Source: Eremomyces bilateralis CBS 781.70 (taxonomy: Eukaryota). From it: 64,000 bases of DNA. Positions 37,587 through 50,670 of the stretch are shown here, piece by piece. Positions within the stretch are counted from its first letter, which is position 1, and each line of letters begins with the position of its first letter. Both the position numbers and the translations under genes were made by a program. Under the pieces are notes generated by a model that saw only the letters and a program-made list of their open reading frames with translations, was not told the origin of the DNA and did not search any database. The DNA lies in assembly GCA_010015585.1 (NCBI GenBank), contig ML975159.1. The stretch is one strand, 5' to 3'.

Positions 37587-40500
37587 AAACGGAGTGGTGG
37601 ACAGAGGGACTGGTGTTGAGGATGTCAAGATAGAAAAGCGGGCGGCCGGACGCCTCGTTTCACGGACGGGGTTGCCGACAAGTTCTAGACTCTCATCGAC
37701 CGGCGCAAATCAACAAACTCGACATGGGATAAAAACATTTCCCCATGCCATCGCTGCACATAATTCGCATCCAGCATATTCCGTGAATGATAAGATTTCT
37801 TTTGCGACACGAACCCCAGTACCGTACTGTCTACTACTCTACTAGATACTTTTGTGAGTGGGACATAAGGACAAACGGGAGGTACGTCTCAGAGGTTACG
37901 CGGTTGTCCGCACCACCAAATTGGAGGTGATACCTTGCCGATGTCGACTTGACAATTGACAGTTTTCTCCGAATGATTCGGAGTTGCTCTCTTGCCCTGG
38001 AAGCGATTGTGCGGCGGTCTGATTTGAAACTCATTTGCATAGGGCCGGGGGAAAGGCCGTTGATAGGGCGTTTGCAACACGAGCACGATGTGACCTTGCG
38101 CGATATCCTCCTAGCATGCCGGTGTTTCGGATTGTTGGGATGCATGTAAGATCCTTTTATGCGGTCGTACGGTAACCGCGAGGATTCTTGGTACAGTTGA
38201 AACTTGAAAGGCGTTAAGAGCTGGATGTCGTTGGTTGCACTCCATTATTGCACTCAGCCCAGCTCCTTCCAGAATCTTCTCTTGGACTGAAAGACGCGCA
38301 AGCAAAGCGCACTGCGACGCGGGATGCTTGTAGAGATCGTCTGCTGTCCGCATTCATGACTCAGGGGGCCTTCAATTGTTCATCGCCATAGCCCATCCAA
38401 GCCAATCGGGCAGGGGGTCTGAGCACCTCAGGGGCCAGGGGGGTACGTCCTAACATGCGGCATCCCCACCAAGGTAAGGCTCAAAGCCTCCAATGCAACT
38501 CTAGGGCTACCGAATATCAATCAGGACTCAGACCACCAGGTGATATACGCCTGGATTGGTATCTTGGACTCACCCAGCGTTTTTACCAAACTCCAATTCC
38601 ATCTGGATATCCAGAGATCCATCAGAAGATTTTTTGTCCATCGAACCGATTTTATTCAATACCAGGACCACACCATTACCGCATGGCTGGTTCGAGGCAA
38701 GGCCTGAGAAGGCTGAGATCCGTTACTTGTACTCCTGTAAACTTCGGTATAAGTAAGGGCCGCTTTTCTTCGGCTTTCTTCAAAGTACTCCCCGCGAACG
38801 AACGCTCTCCAAGGTCTCTCAGCGTCTGTCCTTCTACCATTATGACATCAACACACTCAATATTCCACGAGAGATGATCGCAAACGCCTGAGTTATTGGG
38901 AAAGTTGGATTGCAGAGCCAACGTTGAAGATAGTGTGAATTAGTGACAGCAGAATGCAGGAAGGAACGATTTATGGCCACGACAACAACCACAGGTCACG
39001 ATACTGGACCGTATCAATTGCGCTGCTCTCTCATGGTAGGAACCTCATAGCAGAAGCATTAGAAGATGCTTGATATTCCATATCCTTTGAGTAAGATATC
39101 AGCGGTTGTCTAGATGATGAGGTCTGGAACTCGTTCGCTTTAGTCCCAGATCCACTAGCCACCCCCGGTTGATGTCACCTTGAAGGGGAATGTATGTGTG
39201 CATGCAACACCTCAGGGTGCTATTCACACCGATCCCACCAGCTTCAGCCACCCCTACTTACCAGCCGGATGCTGCCTGGATGGAATGTGCTTGACGGAAT
39301 GAACACGATTGGATCTCCGCTGTGCGGATACTACTCGACTTCACGAACCGCTTGGATTTCTCCAAATACAATCGGGAGTCGTTTAAATGATTCCGTATCC
39401 CGAAACGATATCATACAGCTACAGACCTGGGTACCAATAGTGGGCACATGAAGATGGAATGTTTTGAGACAGCACCTGCCCCAACACATCCGATGCCGGA
39501 GCGGCATTTGTCCCTTCATATGGGCATGAAACCTCGCCTGCCGAAAATCAATGAAGAACATAAAAGCTTATCTAGCGAATGCTGAACCTCAACATCGAAC
39601 CCAGGCCATTAACCCAGCCTTCGGAGTACTTAGCAGTAACAAGAGGTTTCTGGACTCGGTTCTTGGCCCAATTCAAGGCTAGCATCGCTAGGAGAGTAGT
39701 AAAAGGCAACCGATCGATTTAGAACACGTGAATGCATACTATCACGAGCAAACACCGGCGGTGTATTTTGAGAATTCCAGGATACGAGTATTCAGGTCGA
39801 TGTGCTGCGAGTTGTATTGCTATTGTTCCATCCTATTGAACACTCTTGCGCCAATGTCAGTGAAAGGAATCTCTGCTCCTATAGATATGTTCATCGGTGA
39901 CACTATTTGATCCAGGCAGACATCTGGAGCACTGAGAAGTGGAGCGTGATGAAGACTAGCATGATAATTCCCATGGCTAAGGAAATATATTATAATATTA
40001 ACAGCTCTCTTGGCGAATGTGCAATATGTACCTGGATGCGTAATTACAGTTCAACTGGTATGAAATCTACAGCCACTGACAGGCAAGCAGCTGTGACGAA
40101 CGCCATGCGAAGATTTTGCTTTCGCCTCCCGTAAAGAATGGAGAAAACGTAGTGATGTTGAGAGGTGAGAATCCTAACTGCTGGTGCACTTCAGACCGGA
40201 GAGAGTCTCAACCGAAAGTCTGTGATGCCAGCCGGCTCTCCGTATCTCGTAGGAGAGCGGTACTGCATGTGTCCTTGTGAAGACGGACGCGGCGGAGGTA
40301 ACTGGAACTAACTAGAACTATTACACAATAAGGTATGCAATGAGAACATGCACAGCAGAAACAGCTGGACATGGACAACTGTCGTGACTGCAAGCCTTGA
40401 ACATCCAATCTTTGTATCCAGTCACAGCCAGTCGTGATACCAGAAGCATCAGATCCAGTTATTACAGGGGCTGGATGGATAAGAGCTGACGCCACATGTG

Positions 40501-41437
40501 GCTGAGCCTTTTTCCTCACCAGAGCTCTGCTGCCCGATAAGGCGACAACACGTCAACACCCGACCACCACATCAGGTCAATTTCAAATCCGAGCCGGACT
40601 GCGAGAGAGAAATCTGACATCTCATCACGATAGGGGCACTGCGAAACGAAGTCTCCGGTCAATCTCTCCAGCTCCTTAAAGCGCCGTATTACACGCGTCC
40701 ACTCTGGCGCCCGTCTCACGACCCTCGAACACAGCAAATCGGAGAGTATTGACCCAGGACGAATGGACGCCATCCAGCAATTTGGGCTGTGACAAGCTCC
40801 TCGGCCGCCAATCAACCCCACGACGAGCCAAACAACTTTTTTGCCTCCCCCCGCCATATGGGCGACAAATGCGCCAATGCCACGATTGATCGGATAGTGT
40901 CAGATGCCCCCATGGCGGGTGGAGGCGCCGACTATCATCCATGCCACTGCCCAAGTTCCCGACCTTAACTTTGAAGACTCCACTCCAAAGTGAGCTCTCG
41001 ATGTTTAATATCTCCTGTTCTCTTCAGTATTCTCCCATTTTTGGCTCTGTGAAAGACTATGACCATAACGAGGTTACACCATCGTACCCATAAAAATCTA
41101 CTGTACGATGCCTGACTCCCCTTCGTGTTGACTCGTACCAAAGAACCCAACGAAACCATCTGACCGAACCTCCTTTTGCGACCGAAAAGCAATTGACCTA
41201 AGCTGGGAGAAATTTACAAAGGACTATTCTTGTCGCTATACTTTCAAAGCACTTGGTTAACTCGACAGTCCATTGTTCCTATGCTCGCCTGAGCTAAATT
41301 TGGATCATAAAGAAGAGCGGTGACGAGCCCGCTAAGAGCAGCCCCCCGCCTGTCGATTCAACGATTCTACACCATACTCGCCTTTCTACACACCAAATCG
41401 ACTCGTTGATCGAGTTCTATGTTATAACACCGACAAA

Positions 41438-42910
41438 ATGCGTCTAGGAGAGACTGTCACGGTAGTCAACAAATCTGGGAAGATTGTGAGCACGGTATAT
41501 ACCCCCTATTTGTCCTGCTACTGGAGAACCGGAGTACTAATCGTCCCGCAGGGCAAGCACCTTGTAGGCGTTTTCAAGGAAGCACAAGCTGCGTACCGCG
41601 AGAAGAAAGCCGAAATAAAGTCTCATCGAGATGCGGAACATACCGAAAAAGTTGCTCAGAACTCCTCTTCCCCACGACCCCATCATGACCATCACCACCA
41701 CATCCGTGATGCCGACAACCGGTCGCGGGCCTCTTCTGGATCACGTCGCACACACGGCACTGTCCGCCGCAAGCCGGTCCCAGACCGCACCACGTCTGTC
41801 CGCCGCGCCCACACATCTCGCCCAACTCAACCCTCCCGTCACAAACCCGACCTACCCCGCAGCCGCACTCTCCCACAAGATCTTCCTGTGGCTGGAGAGG
41901 ATCCATACCCGCGAAGACACAGCGACGGCACCTCTCTAGCCCTCGTGCATCGCCCGCGCCCCGCCTCCGCTCGCTCGGCGTCCACCACCGACTCCATCGA
42001 TATGGACCTGGCATACGGGAGTTTCAGCCACCACTCCCTGGTACCCTCCACACCGACCTCTCCCGTGGCCGTCGACCCGGAGATCGAAATCAAACTATCC
42101 GCGCTAACACGCATGCTCGACGAAGCGAATGCGCTGCAGCACGGTGTCACCGCCACTATCGCAAGCCTACAAAAGAACCCGGACGCACTCGCCGCTGTTG
42201 CGCTGACGCTTGCGGAGGTTAGTCAAATCGTTAGTAAGATGGCGCCGGCCGGATTGGCGACGCTAAAGGGGAGTTTCCCGGCGGCGATGGCCTTGTTGGC
42301 GAGTCCACAGTTTGCGATTGCGGTTGGGGTCGGGGTCGGTGTGACTGTGGTGATGTTAGGAGGGTACAAGATCGTGAAGCGGATGCAGAAGAAACGGCTG
42401 GACGAGGTTACATTGGAGGGGCGGAGCAGGGAGGAAGAAGAAGCGCAGGAGCTGTTGGAGTTGAACGGTGATTTTGGACGGATTGAAAGATGGCGGAGGG
42501 GGGTTCCGATGAGTGCGGGAACTGGGACGGAGTATATCGGAAGCCAGGTCGGGACCAGCGTTGAAGGGGAGTTCGTCACTCCCGGGGCCAGCAGGGTGTT
42601 GTTACGAGAGGGGGTTATCGCCGAGGAGGATCTCCGCAGCGTGAAGACATCAAAGACCAAGAGAACCAGCAAGTCGGTTAAATCGCGTGGCAACACAAGC
42701 AAAAAGGAGAAAAGCAAAGACGACATGAAGCGGGAGGAGAAAGAGAAGAGGAAATCGGACAAGGCGAAGAAGGGGCAGCGCGAGACAGACAAGAAGCACG
42801 AGAAGGAACGCGAACGAGAGAGGAGGAGGGGCGACGCAAAGGAGAATCACAGTGTTACTGGTGGGTGGAAACGGGAGTTGAATGATTTACGGAGTCGGTT
42901 GATCAACTGA
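41438..42910 (+). CDS. Fungal hypothetical protein with one transmembrane segment and Lys/Arg/Glu-rich tail
   Basis: TVVNKSGKIVST/GKHLVGVFKEAQAAYREKKAEIK, DMDLAYG, LQKNPDALAAVALTLAEVS, hydrophobic LLASPQFAIAVGVGVGVTVVMLGGYKIVK. Intron 41495-41551 (GTATAT..CTAAT..CAG). Confidence 0.85.
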   Translation: MRLGETVTVVNKSGKIVSTVYTPYLSCYWRTGVLIVPQGKHLVGVFKEAQAAYREKKAEIKSHRDAEHTEKVAQNSSSPRPHHDHHHHIRDADNRSRASSGSRRTHGTVRRKPVPDRTTSVRRAHTSRPTQPSRHKPDLPRSRTLPQDLPVAGEDPYPRRHSDGTSLALVHRPRPASARSASTTDSIDMDLAYGSFSHHSLVPSTPTSPVAVDPEIEIKLSALTRMLDEANALQHGVTATIASLQKNPDALAAVALTLAEVSQIVSKMAPAGLATLKGSFPAAMALLASPQFAIAVGVGVGVTVVMLGGYKIVKRMQKKRLDEVTLEGRSREEEEAQELLELNGDFGRIERWRRGVPMSAGTGTEYIGSQVGTSVEGEFVTPGASRVLLREGVIAEEDLRSVKTSKTKRTSKSVKSRGNTSKKEKSKDDMKREEKEKRKSDKAKKGQRETDKKHEKERERERRRGDAKENHSVTGGWKRELNDLRSRLIN

Positions 42911-43404
42911 ATGACTGGAATGACCATATACCATTGATCTTTTGAGCGGAAACAAGCGGATTTTTTGGAGTTTAGTGTCTTGAACGATAGACATTTGTTT
43001 TGTTAACCGGCGACTTATCGTGGAGGGGTCTCCAATCTCAATTGATACGTCTAAATAACATTCACCTCCTGCATCACTGTCCGTCATATTCTAAATCACG
43101 AGAACATCTCGAGTTAGACTGGCTCATGGAGACATAATATCAGCCGGAATCTTGTTGAAGAACCCAATAGCGTATAATCAAGGAATAAAATTAAAGGTAG
43201 ATCCAGGTCCAGACAAGAACATTCAAGTGGATTTTACCATGCAGTCAAAATTTCGGCAATGTTTCCACGACTGAAGATTGGACACTTTGACAGACGGACT
43301 TCCGCACCTCTGGGTTTGGTTGGGGCATGTGGTGGGCGTCAGAGCCGAGAGGGTATTTGTGTTTCTGGCTATAAATTGGATAAAATTACTTTTCATATAT
43401 CGAA

Positions 43405-43496
43405 TCCGAAATGGTCTAGTGGCTAGGATTTCCGCCTCTCATAACATTCAGTAATGTAGAACGCGGAAGGCCGGGGTTCAATTCCCCGTTTCGGAG
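43405..43496 (+). tRNA. tRNA-Glu(CTC) with 20-nt intron
   Basis: Acceptor stem TCCGAAA/TTTCGGA, A-box TGGTCTAGTGG, anticodon stem TCCGC/GCGGA around CT-CTC-A, intron 43442-43461 after position 37, B-box GGTTCAATTCC. Confidence 0.95.
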
Positions 43497-43501
43497 ATTC
43501 C

Positions 43502-43533
43502 TTTTTTCTTCTTTTTTCGTCTTTTTTTCTTTT
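43502..43533 (+). terminator. RNA polymerase III oligo-T terminator cluster
   Basis: Several T6-T7 runs begin a few nt after the tRNA 3' end. Confidence 0.8.
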
Positions 43534-45456
43534 CAATCCCTGTACGGAGTAGTTAACAGAGCACAAGATATTTTTCCTCCATTCGACATTATTCATCTGG
43601 TTAGATATTGATGTGTTCCGAAATCTCAGTGGCCACTGGCCAGCCTATTTTGTTGTGATGATGACTAATCATGTGATGGTGTTCTGATATGAAGCTGAAG
43701 TCCTCCATTGAGTCCAACTCTACCCATTGTTCTCTTTGGGGGTTATGAATTGCAAACTCAAAGCATGAAGATGGTTCATTTAATCAGAGACTCTTGTAAA
43801 AAGCTACTGATAACCGGCTATTAGGATCCATAAACATGACGTCGGTATAATCATGGCAATTCTGGAGCGAAGCTGGACGAGAATGGACTGTCAGCATATT
43901 TGTGTCGACTCGACTTCAAGATCTGGATCCGACAAGAACAAGGAACCTCAGTGATGGCATTTCAATCTATCAGAGCCATTGCCCCATTGCCGAGCACAGC
44001 ATCAATTGGCCATGGCGGACTCTGGCTTTGCTTGCTCTGGACGTCGTAGTCTTCTGTTCCCTCAAAATCGTTTCTTCCGGATCTCGAAGACTCAATGCCT
44101 TTACCTGATCTTATCTAAGGGTTTCCAATCGCTCTATGAACCGGGGATCGGCTACAAGAAATGGACTGCTCGAGATAGCGGGCCAATTGAGAGCCTACCC
44201 AGGATCGCCATGATATCCCATCCGATGTCACCATTGAGGAGACACCTGTGGTCAGCGTATCACCTGAAATGACCCACATATTCCTTTCGAGGCGCCCGTA
44301 ATTTGTTGAAAGCCTACGGCCTCCCAAGGCACTCGCAACAGCACCTGAAAATATGCTTATGCCATAAGGGACCGACCTAAAGAGTCCTTATCACGCTGGG
44401 GGAATAACTAGGAAACGGATTCCATCAGGGAATTGATCCCACGGTATCATGGCGGCTGTATACCATATTCTAAGGACAAGATGGATCGCTTCAATCGTGT
44501 GCGGCAGAAGCCACAGGCGCAGTGGAATAGCCAACGATCGCCGAAACTTTAGGACCAGTGCTCTCCAAGGGCGAACTGGAGAGACAAAGTATCCAACGGT
44601 ATTTGTATCAAGTTTCCTTTCCCAAACAGGTTTAGACATGCTATGTCTTTCTAATTTTGCATTTTCTTCTCTTCCTGTGTCATTCCTCATTTTCGCTACC
44701 GTCCCCTTTCCTTGGATGGCTACACCAGGATACTCGCGCCACCTTGAGGTGTCGGGTGTTTGTACCGTGTTTTATTCCAATGAGAGGGAACCAAGCCAAG
44801 CGTTTCGTTTCATACATCTTGTGGTTGTCGGGCCGTTAGGACTCAACGGCTGATACCACACCATACTAGGCTCTGGTAACTGGTGATGCCATTTCCCCCG
44901 ACCATGGATGGAACAGTTGCCAGAGGTAGTGCAGAACCAGTTTATCAAGAAACAACATCATAGGACCCGAACATTGTAAAGGTATGCGGATACGTTATCC
45001 TCCAATAATTCCCTGGTATTTTGAGACACTCGTTAGGAGGGTCCGAAATCCACGAAGTTAGTCAAGCGAGGCTCTGCATATTTATATACTGAGGACATGG
45101 CTCGAGATACTTCAGTCATCTTATTTGTTTGTTCCAAAGTCCGAGTGGTTCAATATACCGTCTATGTCAACATATTGAATGGTATGGTCGCGACCAACCC
45201 TGCCGACCACAAAATCGGTCGAGTTTAAAGGACTGACCCAGGGAATGCAATCTTTGTAACCTGATTCCACCTGCGAATACCTTCCGAATTTCCCTCGTTT
45301 CCGTCTCTCTCAGGTCTATTTAAACCGGCTGCGGCGCTGAACTTTCCTTCAGGTCTTCTTCCAAAAATCTCTCAGAGCCTTCGTTTGCCTATTTAACCCA
45401 ACCCCGGATCAAATCCACACCACAGAATCCATCCATCACATAAGCAAATACCCAAA

Positions 45457-46434
45457 ATGAAGACCGCAGTCCTTGCTGCGTGTGGTGCAGCCCTCATCGG
45501 CATTGTCTCAAGGTGCGTTCTAACATGATGCTTCGTTGACCAGTCCAGTTAGCAAATGGCTGACGCAATCTTTAGCAACCCACTCCCCGGCGGAAACAAC
45601 GGCGGATACAACGGGCAACACCATGGCCAGGATCTCCCCCATGACCATTGGAGGACCAACTACGGGGTCCGCCTCGGTAATGATAAGGTGAAGGCTAGCC
45701 TTCAGCCTTCGTCGAGATACGTCTACGATCCCGATTATTCTGGGAATCGCCGATCGAGCTCTTCCCACAATGGGGGAACCAAGATCGCCGTCTCTCCTGT
45801 TCCTATCAAGAAGTACCACCCGCATCCGCACTATAGTATTGTCCCCTATATCAGCTCGGATAGCAGCTCTAGCAGCAGCTCGAGCAGTAGCTCCAGCAGC
45901 AGCTCCGATAGCAGCTCCGATAGCAGCTCCAGCAGCAGCTCCAGCAGCAGCTCCGATAGCAGCTCCGATAGCAGCTCCGATAGTGATACCGATGATGAGT
46001 GGTATTACCCTCAGAAGCACCACAAGAATCACCACAAGGATCACCACAAGAATCACCACAAGGATCACCACAAGAATCACTACAAGAATCACCACCGCAA
46101 GGATGTCGATGATTCCAACGTCCATTCTCGCCGATCCGTCCAGGAACCCGCCGAGGAAGCCGATCCAGTGAAGCGAGACTCTGTTGACTGGGGCAAAGAT
46201 CGACTCGACGAAAAGTATGCTTGCTACAATGGCCGTGGCTGCGCGATCACGGGCCTCATTCTCGATGACCCGGATAATGGGCACCTCCGGGACTTTGCTG
46301 ACAACGGGCGTCTTTCCACGTCGAAGGTGAAGGGTCAGGCTAAGTGGAAGCCAGTCAAGGGCTCGTTTGGACACTGCCCAAGCCAGAAGTGCGAGGAAGG
46401 CCAGAACAGCCGCAAGTGTCACGGTTGTCATTGA
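45457..46434 (+). CDS. Secreted Ser/Asp- and His/Lys-repeat protein with Cys-rich C-terminal domain
   Basis: True start AAAATG at 45457 encodes signal peptide MKTAVLAACGAALIGIVSS-NPLP. Intron 45513-45575 (GTGCGT..CTGAC..TAG) joins the 45556 ORF. TATTTAAA at 45317. Confidence 0.85.
45856..46100 (+). repeat. Two coding 12-bp minisatellites: AGCAGCTCC(GAT/AGC) and CACCACAAG(A/G)AT
   Basis: Encode (SSSD/SSSS)n at about 45856-45985 and (HHKN/HHKD)x~6 at about 46018-46100. Confidence 0.9.
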
Positions 46435-47217
46435 TCGTGGTTGGAAGCAACCGCCACCCATGTATGCTCGTAAGCATGGGCTGGGCTCGAGAGCAGCAGA
46501 CGTTAGTCTCTACTCTTGGGGTCGTTCGCAGTAATTCGTAGTTTAGTTCTTTAGTCTAAGAGTCAAATCCACCCTCACTCCTTTACCTGCATGCCACTTC
46601 ATGTACAAGCTCCTCCAAAGGTAGTGTGGAGTAGTCAGTTGCATACTTGACTTAGGACATTCCAATATTAATGAAGTTGGTCCATCGAGGTCGTCGAGGG
46701 AGAAGACCCTGACTCCGCGTTGGCACTCTCGCAGCTCCTTTTCAGCTGTGTGACAGTGGCAGCAAATGACTAAATGAACCAACCACAGTCCACAGGCCAC
46801 AGCGCAGGACCCTTGCTGACTCATCATATCCTCTCTCCTGGCAGGCTGGCACAGTGGCACAGACGCACAGTGGCACTCCCGCTGTCCCACACTCAGCTCT
46901 GCAGTCTGCACTTGCCCCGCTTATGTCATAGTTGCCTTACAGCCTGAGGCGTCTTAAAATCGTGACGACGGGCGGCGGGAAATTTTCGAAGTCTCCACAC
47001 AACCACTTCCCACATCCCACTTCCCACCATCCACTCCATTGTTGAAGGACGGCGTCTCTCCATCACAGCCTCATTGTTCAATCCACCAACTTCTAACACG
47101 CCTCTGTCTGACATCCTCCGCGTCTTTGTCTTTGAGGCGCCCTATCTTTCTTGACCCCAGTCTTCATCAAGGCTGCTCGTTAGATTGACCGGATATCTAT
47201 CCATTTCCATCCTCATC

Positions 47218-49209
47218 ATGGTGTCCGCTTCAAAGGCTGCCCGTTTGGCAAAGCGGGTCGCGGATGGAAAAGAGCCAAAGAAAACCGCTGCTTCCAAAGT
47301 CTCCTCCAAAGCGGCCTCGAAGAATGCCTCCAAGGCTTCCTCAGCCAACGGCGATTCTCCCCTGGTAGATGCTGAGGATGCCGACGTCGACCAAGTCGAC
47401 GAGAAGGTCAAGAAGCTGGCTCTCCAAGAAGACGACGATGGAATTTCCGACCGCGTGACAACCGGTGTTCTTGCATCGTTGGAAGCCAGCAAAGACGTCA
47501 AGATTACTTCGGCGTCGCTCGTTTTCCACGGAAAAGTCCTCTTTAACGACGCAACTATCGAGGTCAATTACGGTCGACGATACGGACTGCTGGGCGAGAA
47601 CGGTTGTGGCAAATCTACGATTTTGAAAGCCATCTTCAAACGCGAATTTCCATTCCCAGAGCACGTCGATATCTACTTATTGAACGAGGGCGCTCCGAAG
47701 ACCGATTTGGGTGCGTTGGAGTGGGTTGTCCGAGAGGCGGAAAACGAGCTGGCTCGTTTGGAGAACCACGCGGAAGAGATATTGGAAAATGATGGACCCG
47801 ACAGCCCGATGCTTGCGGAGATCTACGAGGTAAGATCCTGTCTACTCTTTGCTGAGTTCATAGAGCTAATGCAATATTTGTCATGCAGCGTATGGAAGAT
47901 ATGGATCCATCGACCTTCCAAACTCGAGCCTCGCTCATTCTTACTGGTCTCGGATTCAACAAGAAGACGATCCATAAGAAGACCAAAGACATGTCTGGTG
48001 GATGGAGAATGCGTGTGGCGCTCGGAAAGGCACTTTTCGTCAAGCCCTCCCTTCTACTGCTCGATGACCCCACGGCACATTTGGATCTGGAAGCGTGTGT
48101 GTGGTTGGAAGAGTACATGAAGAAGTGGGATCGTACTTTGATCCTTGTCTCACATTCCATGGACTTCTTGAACGGCGTGTGTACCAACATGATCGACATG
48201 CGTCAACAGAAGCTCCTTTACTACGGTGGTAATTACGACTCCTACATGAAGACACGCACAGAACAAGAAATCAACCAGGGGAAAGCCTACGAGAAGCAGC
48301 AGGATGAAATCAAGCACATCAAGAAGTTCATCGCATCCGCGGGTACCTACGCCAACTTGGTGCGCCAGGCCAAATCCCGGCAGAAGATTCTGGACAAGAT
48401 GGAAGCGGATGGTTTCATCCAGCCGGTTCTTGGCGACCGAGTGTTCACTTTCCGCTTCGCCGATGTCGAGAAGCTCCCCCCGCCCGTCTTGTCGCTTGAC
48501 GACGTGACCTTCTCGTACAACGGTAAAAAGGAGGATAATCTCTATGAGAACCTGGACTTTGGCGTGGACATGGACAGTCGAACAGCCCTGGTCGGACCTA
48601 ACGGTGTTGGCAAATCAACGCTCCTTCGCATCTTCACCGGCCAGCTTTCCCCCACCGGCGGTAATGTTTCCCGGCATACGCATCTCAAGCTGGGCATGTA
48701 CAGCCAGCACAGCGCCGAGCAGCTCGACTTGACCAAGTCCGCTCTCGACTTCGTGCGAGACAAGTACAGCTCGAAGAGCCAAGACTACCAATACTGGCGA
48801 TCACAGCTGGGCAAGTACGGGTTGACGGGCGAATCGCAGACCGCCCTGATCGGGACGCTCAGTGAAGGCCAGAAGAGCAGAATCGTGTTCGCCCTGTTGG
48901 CCATCGAGCAACCAAACATGCTGCTGCTCGACGAACCTACCAACGGCCTGGACATCCCCACGATCGACAGTTTGGCGGATGCGATCAATGCTTTCAACGG
49001 CGGCGTTGTCGTCGTTTCCCACGACTTCAGGTGAGTTTTTGGCGCGCCATGGTTCTAATCTACTAGCTAACCATACTTCTAGACTGCTCGACAAAATTGC
49101 TAAAGACATCATGGTCTGCGAGAACAAGACTGTGAGGAGATGGGACGGCACCATCGGGCAATACAAGAATCATCTCCGCAAGAAGATGCTATCCGCCGGC
49201 GCTGTCTAA
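47218..49209 (+). CDS. ARB1: ABC-F family ATPase, ribosome-associated (ABCF2/Arb1)
   Basis: [13 protein letters not shown] start, two NBDs ([21 protein letters not shown] and [21 protein letters not shown]), [20 protein letters not shown] linker, no TM domain. Introns 47830-47888 and 49031-49082. Confidence 0.96.
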
Positions 49210-50388
49210 GACGCTCATCCCGGATTTTCCTTTGTTCAATAAAAAACTTTTTTTTCCAGAGGGCTTACAGGGCTCCCTTTGCATGGTGGGAGGCTGCGCA
49301 TCATGAACCAGGATATGTGCGGCTGGCGGGCTAAAGTGCTGATGACTTGGGTCTTCCACGAGGGAAGATTACGGTAGATAGACCATTCCAAATAGAGGGA
49401 ATTTCGATTAGCACGTTGATGTCCTCGATCGCTGACTTTTGATGTCCAACATGGCGGTCGGTGAAGAGCGAGGAACCCATGATGCGGCATCCCTGGTATC
49501 CCTTACCATTTCATCTGTATCCGTCAGTTTTCCTGTTTGTTCGCTAGAATTTTGTCTTTTCGATCCTCGAAGTGTGGGATCCTATTTTGTGATTCTATGT
49601 ACCAAACCATGAGTCGAAGTTATCCAGATCCTTTGCACTGTCAAGTGCCAACTTCGGTATTCGGTACCGCTCGCCCCACCGAACCCCGTTCCTAGGCCTG
49701 AGGCCTGAGGGTCATTCCCAGGGAAGCCAAGGGCCCCTATCCCCACAGTTGCGCAACGATGTTCGTTTCGTCTGTAATGCAATGTACTACGGTGCCAACA
49801 GTGTCTTGTTGCCTACTTCATTTGTTTCTGTTACTTACGTCGGAGAACAAGTGAACCATTCAGAAATCCAAGAACAAACATATATTCGACTCCATGGCAC
49901 TGATCAAGCGATGACCCAGGACTCGTTAAGATGAGCTGACTGCCTTGCATTGCTCCATTCATAGTGCCCACTGCTCAGCATCATCGTCATCACAGACAGT
50001 AACCCTAGATGGTCTGTTTAAAACTTTGGTCGAGCGTCTCCAACGAACCGCAACCACTGGCCGGCAAGAACAAGGTCGCCTTGAACACTGCCTACTTATC
50101 CCATGGTTAGCTGAGATGATAGTTCCACTGCTGAAATTGGGCCATGGTATTTCTTGATAGATTCCTTTTACTCTACCTAAGCCTTGGTCCATCATCACTT
50201 CAGTCCTCTATATCTTCCCCTACTAGAAGGAACTTTCCTAAATACATCCCGGGAACAGCCCCTGGTTGCGCGCCTGTCCTCCAGGTCGACCCTCAAGCAA
50301 CACGATATAGCATACAGCTGGAAATCCTAGGGATCTACTAACTCCCACCTTCAGAGATTACGATCCTGCCTTCTAGAATACAGAATTA

Positions 50389-50670
50389 ATGGTTCCCGAA
50401 GGCATCACCATGGTGGCGGATACCGAGAGAGGTCTCCCTCCGGCGTACCACGAGATCGAGCCCCGGTTCAGCTGGAACAAGACGAAGGGTGCGATTACTA
50501 AAGGCTATAACGAATACGGCCCCAAGGTGGCAGAATTTATTGGCACATTGATTGCCGGAGCAATAGCTCTTGCTGTCCTTATTGCTTGCCTCCTCGCAGG
50601 GATACTTTTGATCGCATGGCTCGGCCAACAGCTGGCAAAGTTGTTAAACGACATGGGCAGTAAGGACTAA
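50389..50670 (+). CDS. Putative small membrane protein (93 aa)
   Basis: ATG ORF with a PPAY motif and a long hydrophobic segment of about 30 aa. No family recognised. Confidence 0.5.
   Translation: MVPEGITMVADTERGLPPAYHEIEPRFSWNKTKGAITKGYNEYGPKVAEFIGTLIAGAIALAVLIACLLAGILLIAWLGQQLAKLLNDMGSKD

Noticed and set aside
38455..39560. Protein-like plus-strand fragments (e.g. EIRYLYSCKLRY, EHDWISAVRILLDFTNRLDFSKY)
   Set aside because: Possibly an eroded gene, but no family motif or consistent exon structure could be supported.
45856..46100. Repeat arrays considered as CRISPR-like
   Set aside because: Head-to-tail 12-mers without unique spacers, in a eukaryotic coding exon.
45520..46461. 313 aa antisense ORF with VILV and AAIG repeats that looks like a membrane protein
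   Set aside because: Reverse complement of the 12-bp coding minisatellites; the plus strand has the signal peptide, intron and TATA.
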